Positions 24,287-36,895 of a stretch of DNA of 64,000 nt are shown one piece after another; position 1 is the stretch's first letter, and each line of letters begins with the position of its first letter. This DNA is from Octopus sinensis. Taxonomy: Eukaryota. The position numbers and the translations under genes were made by a program. The stretch covers positions 55,862,001 to 55,926,000 of the forward strand of contig NC_043001.1 of assembly GCF_006345805.1 (NCBI RefSeq), in the 5' to 3' direction. The notes beneath the pieces were generated by a model, which was not told the DNA's origin, did no database searches, and saw only the letters and a program-made list of their open reading frames with translations.

Positions 24287-24852
24287 TTGGGCTGTCCGGA
24301 AAGTTCGTGTCGATTTATAGTATCTCACCTTTTGACTTATTTTAGAACATGGTTGAGTCCATAAAACAGGATTTGACTACACCTCCATTTAGAGCACAGT
24401 TTAAGCTATCTTTTCGTAGAAGAAGGTTTATGTTCCTATAACCTGTGTTAATTCTGTAACCCTTTAAAATGGAAGATAAGAAAGTTCATTTTTGGCACTT
24501 CATGCTTTAGGAACCAGACAAAAATTGCTGCTGCTCAGTTAGGATGTGTTACCCCACCCTCCATATTCACTAGATATTGCTCCTTCGGATTTCCACTTAT
24601 TCAAGTCTCTGCAGAATGGTCTTAATGGTAAAAATTTCAATTCCTTGGATGACGTAAAAAGATACCTTGATGAATTCTTTGCCATGAAACCACCTCAATT
24701 CTTGGAAGAGGGTATTTTCAAGTTGAAGGAAAGATGGAGACACATTGTACAACAAAATGGTTCATATTTGGTTGATTAAAAATGTAATAGCAAGAATTTA
24801 TTGACCTTTTTCTTTCCTTTAAAAATCGGCACGGACTTTCTGCACAACCCAA
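24287..24852 (+). mobile_element. Internally deleted mariner transposon
   Basis: TIRs ttgggctgtccggaaagttcgtgtcgattt / aaatcggcacggactttctgcacaacccaa, TA on both sides; ATG at 24469 (MEDKKVHFWHFML) joined to C-terminus LPHPPYSLDIAPSDFHLFKSLQN...GIFKLKERWRHIVQQNGSYLVD* (YSPDLAPSD-type motif) ending 24779. Confidence 0.95.
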
Positions 24853-25585
24853 TATTTGCTGTTCTATCTTCCTACAGACTTATTTAAAGAAAAATGGTGG
24901 GGAAGGGTAACATGCCAGTGATATACAGAGTTAGGGCTTAAATTATTAGATTAATAAACACTGTTATCTCATTCCAGACATTGATATAAGCAACACCAAA
25001 AGACCTTAGAACTCATGTATTAATCATTATGGGAGAGTTAGAGGAGGAGGAAGAGATAAGTGAGGGAAGAGTTAGAGCAAAGAATTAAATTGAAAGAAAA
25101 AAGTCATTAGAAAAATAAAAGCAAACAATGAGAAAAATAAACAAAAAACAATGAAAATAAAGAATGCAAGGAAGATATGATTATTTGTGAAAGCAAATGC
25201 ATTTCAGAAAAAAGAAACATACAGATGAATAAACTTATTATGCCTTATAATAATAGAAAAATTCATGCCAATTCTTGGCTGTATGCCAAATTTAGTAAAA
25301 TTCAGTTTAGTGGCAGTTATAAGATGGCATCTAGCCACTTAATCTGCTGGCATTATATAAAGTCGATGCTTGGCTACTAGCTGACAACATCAACCTGTAC
25401 CTCTACAACACCATTTCCATCTACTTGAGGCTACTGCCAAGTTCTTCGGTTTAATAGTACTGGAATTGCTACAAATAAAACTTCCATTGTAATCCCCCTA
25501 TCAGGTTAAGAAAGAGAAATAGAAAGAGAGATGAGAAAGACTGGAGTGCATTAGAGGTTGGTAATGGAAAATAAAGAAGGACATG

Positions 25586-25625
<40 letters not shown>

Positions 25626-25642
25626 AAGAGAGAGAAAGAGAA

Positions 25643-25673
<31 letters not shown>

Positions 25674-26175
25674 TGAGTGATGGTTGTACTGGTGTGTGTA
25701 TGTGCCTAATCCTTCGTTACCTGATCAACCTACCTTCAGTTTAGGAATTTTAAGCTTTAGGTGAAGATAATCTCAGCTCTCAGAAGAAATGGTATCGTTT
25801 TTCAAATCAAGAGATGAAAAATATTTGCAGATTTTTAGCAGCCAAGACACGCACCATGCGTAACCAAATGATATGATGTGTATATATTCTTTACAAATAC
25901 ATACACCCCTACACACACATGTATGTAGACAAACACACATATGAATATGATTCTGTGATATCTTTAATTCATTAAAAGCAAAAAAAAAAAAATTAAATAA
26001 AAGGAGAAAACAAACATTGTGGTTCTAATCATGCTGGAACACTGCCACAAATTGGCTGCGCTTAACTATTGAATATGAACACATCAATTTTGCTCATTCT
26101 CATGCATTTGTTATACGCAGATACATGAGCCAACAGTGTGTGCATTGTGTGTGTATGTCTGCATACGCACGTATA

Positions 26176-26208
<33 letters not shown>

Positions 26209-26644
26209 TGTATTGAATTAATTCAACAAGTGGTGAGAGCTTAATTTTTATGAAGAGTAACTCTTTTTCCAATGCTAGTTTGAGTTGGATGTGTCTCATC
26301 ATTTGTCACTGTCCTTCACCATCAAATGTACATAATAACAGAAGAGACTGGTCAATCTTATCTTTTTAGTATATGTTGTATATTTTTGGCATGGTCTTTT
26401 ATGGTTGAATACCTTCTCCACCACCAACACTTTACAGTGTGAAATGGGTGCATCTTATCATGCCAGTGGCATGAGAGAGGATGTCTGCAGTAGACTAAAA
26501 GGTACTATCATCCCTGTATCAGTGTTTTTATTCAGAGTAACTATTCAACTAGACAGGTTTCCTTTGATGAAGAAGCTTACAGAATTTATGTCTCCTTTGC
26601 TTCATTCATCCTATATGCATATACTATACAGGCAGTCTTATAAT

Positions 26645-26676
<32 letters not shown>

Positions 26677-27261
26677 TATATATTTAGCTATCTATCTACC
26701 TATTTATCTGTCTGTCTGTCTATCTCGCTAGCTATCTATATATGTGTATACATATATAGGTACTTATATATGTGTGTACATGTGCATGTGTATGTACAGA
26801 TATATGTGTGTGTGTGTGTGTGTGTGTATACACAGTTGTGAATTTGACCATGTTGGAACTTCAAAATAACTTTATAAAATAAGTTAAAAGAGAACTATAT
26901 ATGATCTATAAATGCTTCCCCCTCCTCCTCCTCTTCCTCCTCCTCAATTTCATGTAATATTTACACAAAACACACGCATACATACCACACAAACATACAT
27001 CCATTCACAAGAAATTTTTTAAAAAAATCATCTGGGTTTTATTTTATGGTTTTTATGTTTCACTCTCTACTTGTTATCTATTTATTCCAGGTCTTTGTAC
27101 CAAGATATTTTCCATATGTAATATCCTCAAGTATTTATAAAACAGGATATTAATGCTGTTGGGTTCAGCTTTTGAAATTTCAAATGACATAGATATAAAA
27201 ACTAACATCAAACTTGTCACCATCAACCAAAAATAACCATTACAACAAATACAAATGAATT

Positions 27262-27688
27262 CACACACACACACACACCTGGTACAATAAACAGGAGAAT
27301 AGAAACCAATTCACAGGTATATATATACACACACAATCTAGTATATCCTTTAGCATATATATATATAGTTAGATAGATATGTATGTATACATGTACACAT
27401 ATATATGCATATATGTGCACACACACATACACATGCATGTATATATATGTATATATATATATATTTACAGATACACACACACACACACACACACCTGGTA
27501 CAATAAACAGGAGAATAGAAACCAATTCACAGGTATATATATACACACACAATCTAGTATATCCTTTAGCATATATATATATAGTTAGATAGATATGTAT
27601 GTATACATGTACACATATATATGCATATATGTGCACACACACATACACATGCATGTATATATATGTATATATATATATATTTACAGAT

Positions 27689-27710
<22 letters not shown>
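27262..27710 (+). repeat. Exact tandem duplication, period 216 bp
   Basis: cctggtacaataaacagg at 27278 and 27494; the ORFs at 27379 and 27595 begin identically. Confidence 0.95.
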
Positions 27711-27758
<48 letters not shown>

Positions 27759-27849
27759 GCATATATATATAAGATTTCTGAAGGCTTGCAAATAATAAAA
27801 TGAAATTTCCTCACTTGACGTATATGAATGATGGAGTTGAAATAAAAAC

Positions 27850-28085
27850 TCAGGAATCAGACGTAGTTTGCAATAAAGAGGACCACACTAGTATGGAATG
27901 TAATATACATGGAGAATGTCAGTTATTTACAGATGCTGAGTGCTCAAAGAAAATGGCAACTGTGGAAGATGAGTCATAGTAGTGAAGACTAGTCCCAAGA
28001 AGCTGAACTTGACAAAGTATCTTGATGGATAGAGATGCAGAGCATTGGAGAAAGCCCATTCATCTGTGTAGACAAGACACAACTG
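27850..28085 (+). mobile_element. Degenerate RTE ORF2 C-terminal fragment (duplicate at 29173-29408)
   Basis: Broken frames GIRRSLQ*R..YG, GNCGR, KLNLT, ALEKA match the order seen at 44400-44640. Confidence 0.55.
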
Positions 28086-28092
28086 ACATTAA

Positions 28093-28312
28093 ACCTTTAG
28101 TTTTTAAACTGGCCATATCAAGCCTAATTATTCAAGCTGTTTCATGTTCAAACAGGCCAGATCTGTCCTTTCATACCCATCCTACAATGCTATTCTGAAA
28201 TAAACAATCACATCATTGAAATCTCAGAATTATGAGATATTCCAGGATTAATTTGAAACAAGAGGAATAAATAAGCATTAAATTTGACAGATTAATCTGA
28301 ATGCTAAAAGAT
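28093..28312. mobile_element. TTAA-flanked MITE (duplicate at 29416-29635)
   Basis: ttaa|acctttag ... ctgaatgctaaaagat|ttaa; same internal sequence as 35004-35232 and 8535-8700. Confidence 0.75.
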
Positions 28313-28361
28313 TTAAATGGTGGTGATGTTGTTTGATATATGTATAATATGTTTCCTGTGA

Positions 28362-28500
28362 AGGCGCATTGCTCAGTGGTCAGAGCGTTGATCTTACGAC
28401 CGTGAGGTTATGAGTTCAAATCCCGGACCAGGCTGCATGTTGTGTTCTTGAGCAAGACACTTTATTTCACATTGCTTCAGTTAACTCAGCTGTAGAAATA
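28362..28500 (+). mobile_element. SINE family C 5' part (duplicate at 29685-29823)
   Basis: ggcgcattgctcagtggtcagagc...gagttcaaatccc...cttgagcaagacac. Confidence 0.85.
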
Positions 28501-28600
28501 GCACCAACCTTCTCTCTTATTCAGTGTATAATGTCACCTATGTAACAATAGATGGTGGGAAAACACACATTTATACACATACATTCATGCATGCATACAT

Positions 28601-28760
28601 ACTGGAGCAACAGGATACATACCAACCAGTCTGGAGTGAAGTATGGCTGAATTTCGTATCTTGAGGAGAGAATGCAAATCCTTAATTCATATGCTACAAA
28701 TGATCGTGATACCTGAGACTATAAAAATCTGCAAGGCCTGCTTAAGACTTAAAGGATGAG
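28601..28760 (+). mobile_element. 3' terminus of the REL-type LINE family (duplicate at 29924-30083)
   Basis: ggagcaacaggatacataccaacc overlaps the end of the 18131-18424 fragment; reads GATGYIPTSLE*..RILRRECKSLIHMLQMIVIPETIKICKACL. Confidence 0.7.
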
Positions 28761-28990
28761 GGTTAAAAGAAGATACTTTCCTTCACAACCTTGCTACCAA
28801 GTAGACAGTTGATCAAAATTTACTCTAAAATTAACACACACGCACTCCACACACTCACACACACACACACACACTCACACACCCACACACAGGCACACAC
28901 AACCTTGCTACCAAAATTGATCAAAATTGATTCTAAAATTAACACACACACACATACACTCACACACTCACACACACACATACACACACA

Positions 28991-29081
<91 letters not shown>

Positions 29082-30511
29082 GCATATATATATAAGATTT
29101 CTGAAGGCTTGCAAATAATAAAATGAAATTTCCTCACTTGACGTATATGAATGATGGAGTTGAAATAAAAACTCAGGAATCAGACGTAGTTTGCAATAAA
29201 GAGGACCACACTAGTATGGAATGTAATATACATGGAGAATGTCAGTTATTTACAGATGCTGAGTGCTCAAAGAAAATGGCAACTGTGGAAGATGAGTCAT
29301 AGTAGTGAAGACTAGTCCCAAGAAGCTGAACTTGACAAAGTATCTTGATGGATAGAGATGCAGAGCATTGGAGAAAGCCCATTCATCTGTGTAGACAAGA
29401 CACAACTGACATTAAACCTTTAGTTTTTAAACTGGCCATATCAAGCCTAATTATTCAAGCTGTTTCATGTTCAAACAGGCCAGATCTGTCCTTTCATACC
29501 CATCCTACAATGCTATTCTGAAATAAACAATCACATCATTGAAATCTCAGAATTATGAGATATTCCAGGATTAATTTGAAACAAGAGGAATAAATAAGCA
29601 TTAAATTTGACAGATTAATCTGAATGCTAAAAGATTTAAATGGTGGTGATGTTGTTTGATATATGTATAATATGTTTCCTGTGAAGGCGCATTGCTCAGT
29701 GGTCAGAGCGTTGATCTTACGACCGTGAGGTTATGAGTTCAAATCCCGGACCAGGCTGCATGTTGTGTTCTTGAGCAAGACACTTTATTTCACATTGCTT
29801 CAGTTAACTCAGCTGTAGAAATAGCACCAACCTTCTCTCTTATTCAGTGTATAATGTCACCTATGTAACAATAGATGGTGGGAAAACACACATTTATACA
29901 CATACATTCATGCATGCATACATACTGGAGCAACAGGATACATACCAACCAGTCTGGAGTGAAGTATGGCTGAATTTCGTATCTTGAGGAGAGAATGCAA
30001 ATCCTTAATTCATATGCTACAAATGATCGTGATACCTGAGACTATAAAAATCTGCAAGGCCTGCTTAAGACTTAAAGGATGAGGGTTAAAAGAAGATACT
30101 TTCCTTCACAACCTTGCTACCAAGTAGACAGTTGATCAAAATTTACTCTAAAATTAACACACACGCACTCCACACACTCACACACACACATACACACACT
30201 CACACACCCACACACAGGCACACACAACCTTGCTACCAAAATTTGATCAAAATTGATTCTAAAATTAACACACACACACATACACTCACACACTCACACA
30301 CACACATACACACACACTCACACACACACATACACACACACACTCACACACACACACACAACCCTGCTACCAAGTAGACAGTTGCTCAAAATTTACTCTA
30401 ATATTAGCACACACACACTCACACACTCACACTCACACACATACACTCACACACACACACACACTCTCACACACACATTCACACACTCACACTCTCACAC
30501 ACACACACACT

Positions 30512-30543
<32 letters not shown>

Positions 30544-30639
30544 ACCTTGCTACCAAGTAGACAGTTGCTCAAAATTTACTCTAAAACTAAAAAGAGTAAG
30601 AGAACATATATACAACACATACACACACGCACACACACG

Positions 30640-30685
<46 letters not shown>

Positions 30686-31268
30686 GTTATTGTTGAAATA
30701 GTTATCAGTCATTTTGCTTTTACTTGTCACATAACTATGGACACTAAAGAAACCACTTACATGTCATTTAAGTTTTATGTCACTCTACGCAATAATGTAC
30801 AGATATTTCTTTATGAGATTGCAAACATCTGACACAAAGAAGCAATTATTATCTCATCATGTATGTATGTATGAATGAAAGTGTGAATGAAGGAATATAT
30901 GTTTGTGGTCTGTTTTTAAAAGAAGAATCTGAGAATTTGAAGAGAGGAGAAAACCAAAAAGGAATCATGCCAGTATTTTTTTTCCCCAGGATATAAATAA
31001 AATGGAAAATTGTTTTCTACAATTCCACCATATAAAATTTAAATCACAAAAGTCAGCTATGCCAAAATAAACTTATGATTATCGATATTATCAAAGAAAG
31101 CATGATTACCAATAAAAGTATTATTAATTTCTTCTTGCTCTTTACATTCTGAGTTCTAATTCCATTAAGATTAATCCCACATTGTATTGTCTTGTACTAT
31201 TCCCCATGTTTTTTTGTAAACCATGAGGGGTTAATAAAGAAAACATTATTATTATTATTATTATTATT

Positions 31269-31804
31269 GTGGCTGTGTGGTAAGTAGCTTGCTTAGTAAC
31301 CACATGGTTCCAGATTCATTCCCGCTGCGTGCCAACTTGGGCAAGTGTCTTCTACTCTAGCCTCGCGCCGACCAAAGCCTTGTGAGAGGATTTGGTAGAT
31401 GGAAACTGAAAGAAGCCCATCGTATATATGCATATATATATATATATATAAATATATATATATATATGGCCTCAGCCGGATGGCTGAAACAAGTAAAAGA
31501 GTAAAAGAGTAAAAGAGTATATATATACATGTGTGTGTATATGCTTGTGTGTCTGTGTTTGTCCCTCCAGCATCGCTTGACAACCGATGGTAGTGTGTTT
31601 ACGTCCCCGTAACTTAGCATGCCGGGCAAAATGCTTAGGAGTATTTCGTCTGCTTTTATGTTCTGAGTTTAAATTCTGCCGAAGTCAACTTTGCTTTTTA
31701 TACTTTTGGGGTCGATAAATTAAGTACCAGTTGCATACCAGGATTGATCTAACCGACTGTCATCCTCCCTCAAAATTTCAGGCCTTGTGCCTATAGAAGA
31801 AAGG

Positions 31805-31805
<1 letters not shown>
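31269..31805 (+). mobile_element. Rearranged family A / family B chimeric SINE cluster
   Basis: A head, A tail, A middle, then a switch into the B body at ..cttagc|atgccgggcaaaatgcttagg. Confidence 0.75.
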
Positions 31806-31884
<79 letters not shown>

Positions 31885-34009
31885 GAGAGTAAGATAAAAT
31901 GCCAAATGGTATTTGTTCTGAAGCTTTATGGTCTCAGTTCAATTCCTGCTGAGGTCAATTTTGCATTTCATCCTTTCAGGGTTGATGAAATTAAGTAACA
32001 GCTGAGTGTTGTGGTTGATATAAATAACTAAACCACCACCTCATAAAATTGCTGGCCTTGTGCCCAAATTGAAAGCCATCATTATTAATATGAATGTGTA
32101 TTTGCATGTAGGTCCATGCATGTTACTTCTGCTTTATTTTATTCATTGCAGAAGGAGGAAAATTAAATTCAGAACATAAACGAAAGAGACTTTTCTTTCT
32201 ATAGGAAAAGAGGGGAAGCAGCCATTCTTTTAGTTTGTGTCTGTTTGTCTCTATTTTCAATCCATTTGCCTATTTAGTTATCCACCTAAAAATTCAATAG
32301 TTTTGTTTTGCACTGAATAAATCCTTTCTTAACAAGATGAAAGTAGCTTCCTCTTTATTTCAGTATTTTTAAAAATCTTTCTTTTTGTCATAGTATTTAT
32401 TTATATTTATTTATCTATTCATTTCATAGAGGGGATATAATACTATCAAACGGGTTATTTATAACTGAAATACCATGGGGTTAAAAGGATGCTTTTCTTT
32501 TGCTTCATATGGAAATGAGTGTTTGTTCTGGGTGGAAAAAAAGTATGGTTAATTGAAAATCAAAGCAAAACAAAAATAAATAATAATTAAATTATTACAA
32601 AGTCAAAGAGAACTGAGAAAAAGCAGAAAATGACAGAAAAAATGTGTAATATTTACTGGATTCTTAGTGCAAATTTGGCACCTTTGGTTCAAAGAGATTA
32701 TGTTATAGATGATGATGATGATGATGCTGGATTTAAAGGATGTGAAGACACTTACCTACAATTGAAAAAAGAAAGAAAATACATTAGTGTTGTTGATATA
32801 TATATAGACACAAATACATATATATATATATGCATGTATGTATTTATACACAGAATAAACACACACACACAAGAGAGAAAGAGAGATAGACATATAGACG
32901 TATATATGTGTGTATGCATGTATATACACACACACATATATAATGTACACACACACACATATTATCAATGTATATATATAAATATGTATGTATATATATA
33001 TATGCGTGTGTGTATTTGTAAATATTGTATACATATAATTGTCCAGCAATGGAGAATTTTATCTTAGTTAAAACAAGCGAGGATTGGTAACCGGTAGGGC
33101 ATTCAGCCACAGAAAATTTGCTTCAACAAATTCTATCTGGTTTATGCAAACATGATAAAAGAAACTAAAAGGATGATATATATATAGCTATATACATATA
33201 TAGTACTATATACATATATAGTACATACACACACGCACACACACACACATGCACACACACACACACACACATTCAGTTTATATCACTATTCACATATATA
33301 TGTATATATTGCTAATATATATATACCATCATTTTGATATACATATATCATCTTCATCATCATCATCACCAGCAGCATTTTAAAGTTCATTTTGCTATGC
33401 TTGCATCGGTCAGATGGAATTTGTTGAGGTAAATTTTCCATCACAGGATGCATTTCTTGTTCCACCCTCCCACCTGTTTTCTAAGAAAACTAATATTTCT
33501 TCCATGGCTATACATGTTTCCATAGAAAACTGGAAATGAAAAACACTGCTTCCATGATAGTGACACTATCACATGATGTTAAGACAAGGAGATGCACACA
33601 CACACACATACAAACATGAACATGCACAGGAGTAGTAATATCAAATCATTGTATATACTGTCAATCAAACAGATAGAAAGATAGAGGGAAGGTTGGCTTG
33701 GTAAGGTGGTCAGTTTGAGCAGGGAATGGAATAAAGATCAAAAGATAAAAAAAACATTCAAAAGACAGAAAAGAATAATAGAAAGAATAAAAAATATAGA
33801 ATATGAAATAAGAGAATTTGAAAGATCTAGATAGTTATGATATAGTCTTTATGTGTCTATTGCATGATTAAAGGTATATTACAGTTATACTACAACTAAA
33901 TATTTGTATTGAAGTATTGAGGATATGAGATTAACTCACTGAAACATATATATATATATATATATATATAATATCAAATATATTTTCTGCATTTCTGACA
34001 AAATACACA

Positions 34010-34065
34010 CACACATGTACACACACATACACACACACGTACACACACACACACACACACACATA

Positions 34066-34134
<69 letters not shown>

Positions 34135-34135
34135 T
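34010..34135 (+). repeat. (CA)n microsatellite
   Basis: Direct reading. Confidence 0.95.
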
Positions 34136-34194
34136 CGTATTAGTCATATAATTGCATTTCTGATAGGAAAAAAAGTCAACAAAATAGCTATAAC

Positions 34195-34400
34195 ATGAGC
34201 AGCACGAAAGGCAAAAAGATCGATTATGAGACTGGTTTTAAGCTACAATTATTGAATAGGCTGAATAGCATGTAAATCTGTGAGAGAGTTTTTGTTGTCA
34301 GAAAAATTTGTGAGGGTTCTGGCAGAAGCAAAAATAAAGAAACCCCTAAGAAAACGCCAAAAATGAAACATGTTTAAACTGTATCAACATGGAGTATGAT
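34195..34400 (+). mobile_element. Possible N-terminal remnant of a pogo/Tc2-type transposase
   Basis: MSSTKGKKIDYETGFKLQLLNRLNSM resembles the Y...FKL.V N-terminal HTH start of this group; the rest is decayed. Confidence 0.3.
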
Positions 34401-34564
34401 TTATATACTTGTGCATGTGGACTGAATGTAAATTGGCTTGTTGTCACTCACAGGGTTACTACAACAAAAGTGTTACAGCTATCCATGAATATAAGCATAA
34501 TATACTATTACTGAAAAGTGCCAGGTGTTAGCAAAGTGGTGTACAAAATTCAAGAACAGAAATA

Positions 34565-34955
34565 GGTGCAGGCATGGCTGTGTGGTAAGAAGCTTGCTAC
34601 CCAACCATGGTTCCAGATTCAGTTCCACTGAGTGGCATCTTGGATAAGTATCTTCTGCTATGGTCTCAGGCTGACCAAAAATTTGTGATGTGGTAGATGG
34701 AAACTGAAAGAAGCCTGTTGCATATATGTATATGTTTGTGTGTGTGAGCATGTGTATCTTTGTTTGTCCCCACCATCACTGCTTGACAACTGGTGTTGGT
34801 GTGCTTGTGTTCCCATAACTTAGTGGTTTGGCAAAAGAGACCAATAGAATAAATACCAGACTTAAAATATAAGTCCTGGGGTTTATTTGTTCAACTAAAA
34901 ACCCTTCAAGGTGGTGTCCCAACATGGCCACAATCAAATAACTGAAACAAGTACA
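34565..34955 (+). mobile_element. SINE family A
   Basis: aggtgcaggcatggctgtgtggtaag head to aactgaaacaag tail. Confidence 0.85.
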
Positions 34956-35003
34956 CAAAAAAAAGGGTTAGCATTACATAAACGAATCTGTTGCAATGTT
35001 TAA

Positions 35004-35232
35004 CTCATTAGCATTTAAACCAGCCATATCTAGCCAAAATAGTCTGCCTGTTTTATATTCCAACCTTCCAACCAGCCATGTCTGACCCCTCACACTAATC
35101 CAACAATAAAGATTCTAAAAATTAGCAGTTACCTCATCAAAACGTCATAGCTATGAGATAATGCCTGATTAATTCAAAATAATGTGAACAGATAAGCATT
35201 ACATTTAACAGAATAATATGAATACAAAAGGG
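35004..35232. mobile_element. TTAA-flanked MITE
   Basis: ttaa|ctcattagcattt ... gaatacaaaaggg|ttaa. Confidence 0.75.
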
Positions 35233-35751
35233 TTAATTCATGCTGCCACTGTGTAGCTATTATAAATGCATTTTTGATTAAATTCATTAAAAACCAATGC
35301 ATAAATGTTTACTTCATTCTAACATAGTTTCATGAATTTGTATCTATACACTTTCTACATGTGTAAAATAAACTTGGTCACTTCTCTGTCTATGGCCATA
35401 AGCCCAATGCCCGTCAGATGATGTATGTATTATTAATCAATCAGAAATGGTAATTTAAAAGCACGAATTGGTCTGTTTGTTCTAAGTATAGATCACAGAA
35501 ATACATTGCTATGATATCTTTGGTTCCAAGACTTTGTTAAACTGTGCTAGCAATTATCACAATTATTTCAGCTGTGTTTATTATTTCATTGCAACAGCAA
35601 GTGAAGCTGCAAACAGTATTCATGGAAAGCAATATGTGAATTATGCACTATAAGTCACAGGCTGAAGAAGCTAAACTGTTATAGGCACAAATGTGGAGTG
35701 ACTAATCTATCAGTGCATCTTATATGTAAAAGTATGAATATGAAAAAAAAA

Positions 35752-35789
35752 AATATATATATACACATATATATACGTATGTATATACG

Positions 35790-35821
<32 letters not shown>

Positions 35822-35898
35822 TATACATATATCTATAATATATATATATACATATATATACATACATACATATATATATATACATACATATATATACA

Positions 35899-35931
<33 letters not shown>

Positions 35932-36105
35932 GTATATATATATATATATACATACATATATATATATATAACATATATATATATATATACATATATATAC
36001 ATACATACATATATATATATAATATATATATATATACATATACATACATACATACATACATACATACATACATACATACATACATACATACATACATACA
36101 TACAT
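35752..36105 (+). repeat. (TA)n/(CATA)n compound tract
   Basis: Direct reading. Confidence 0.95.
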
Positions 36106-36675
36106 AGTACATTATGCATAAAATAGAAACAAAACCAGTTGATTGCTGCTGGAACATCTTTGATTATATATCTGTTTGCTCTATTAGAGATAATCTGGTG
36201 CTAAGACCCAACAATTATGGATTTAATAGTTTTATGAAAGATTTAACAATTGTTTTGCTCTCTGATGTTTGTCAAGTCTAAGTAAAGAATTAATATGAAG
36301 CAAATTATGCTTATGACAACCACAGAACACAAAGAACTGTACTTAACCTCTCTGAGAGAGAGAATAGATATGATAAAGTAATCTCAAGTAAGAATTGGAT
36401 GGTGAATATCTTCCTGTAGGTCTGGGAACCATTACTATTAGTTTCAGACAAACTATTCCATCTCATATCATTTAATAGAACATGTATCAAATTACCTACT
36501 GCTACTTTTGTGTTTTTTTTTTCAAAGAAAAAAGCACTAGAAAGATGACCCTCACTATTGAACGACTGAAATACTTATATTTCATTTAAATGAAATATAT
36601 TAAACAATATAAGGTCTAATAAAACTATAAAATTGAAAAGTAGGTGAAGAAATATTGCAAAATTTTTAACATTGT

Positions 36676-36895
36676 AAGGCAGCGAGCTGGCAGAATTGTT
36701 AGCACGCCAAGCAAAATATTTAGCGGTATTTCGTCTGTCTTTATCTTCGGAGTCCAAATTCTGCCGAGGTCAACTTTGCCTTTCATCCTTTTGGGGTCAA
36801 TAAATTAAGTACCAGTTGCATACTGGAGTCGATCTAATCGACTGGCCCCCTCCCCCAAAATTTTGGCTCTTGTGCCTAGAGTAGAAAAGAATATT
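36676..36895 (+). mobile_element. SINE family B, well preserved monomer
   Basis: aaggcagcgagctggcagaattgttagcacgcc...ctttgcctttcatccttttggggtcaataaattaagtacc...gtgcctagagtagaaaagaatatt. Confidence 0.9.

Larger units (their letters stand above)
27700..30340 (+). repeat. Near-identical tandem duplication, period 1323 bp
   Basis: aagatttctgaagg at 27771 and 29094; ORFs at 28791 and 30114 offset by 1323; visible differences only in microsatellite length and one T. Confidence 0.95.

Noticed and set aside
26405-26731. 108-aa plus-strand ORF with a strong acceptor near 26538
   Set aside because: The 5' part is a decayed family-D repeat and the 3' part is microsatellite; two frames are equally open, so there is no basis for a call.
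28788-30590. CRISPR-like repeat-spacer appearance
   Set aside because: Eukaryotic context, spacers are CA microsatellite of irregular length, no cas genes.
27223-30696. HT/YI/CV-repeat ORFs resembling His-rich or Cys-rich proteins
   Set aside because: Translations of (CA)n/(TA)n tracts.
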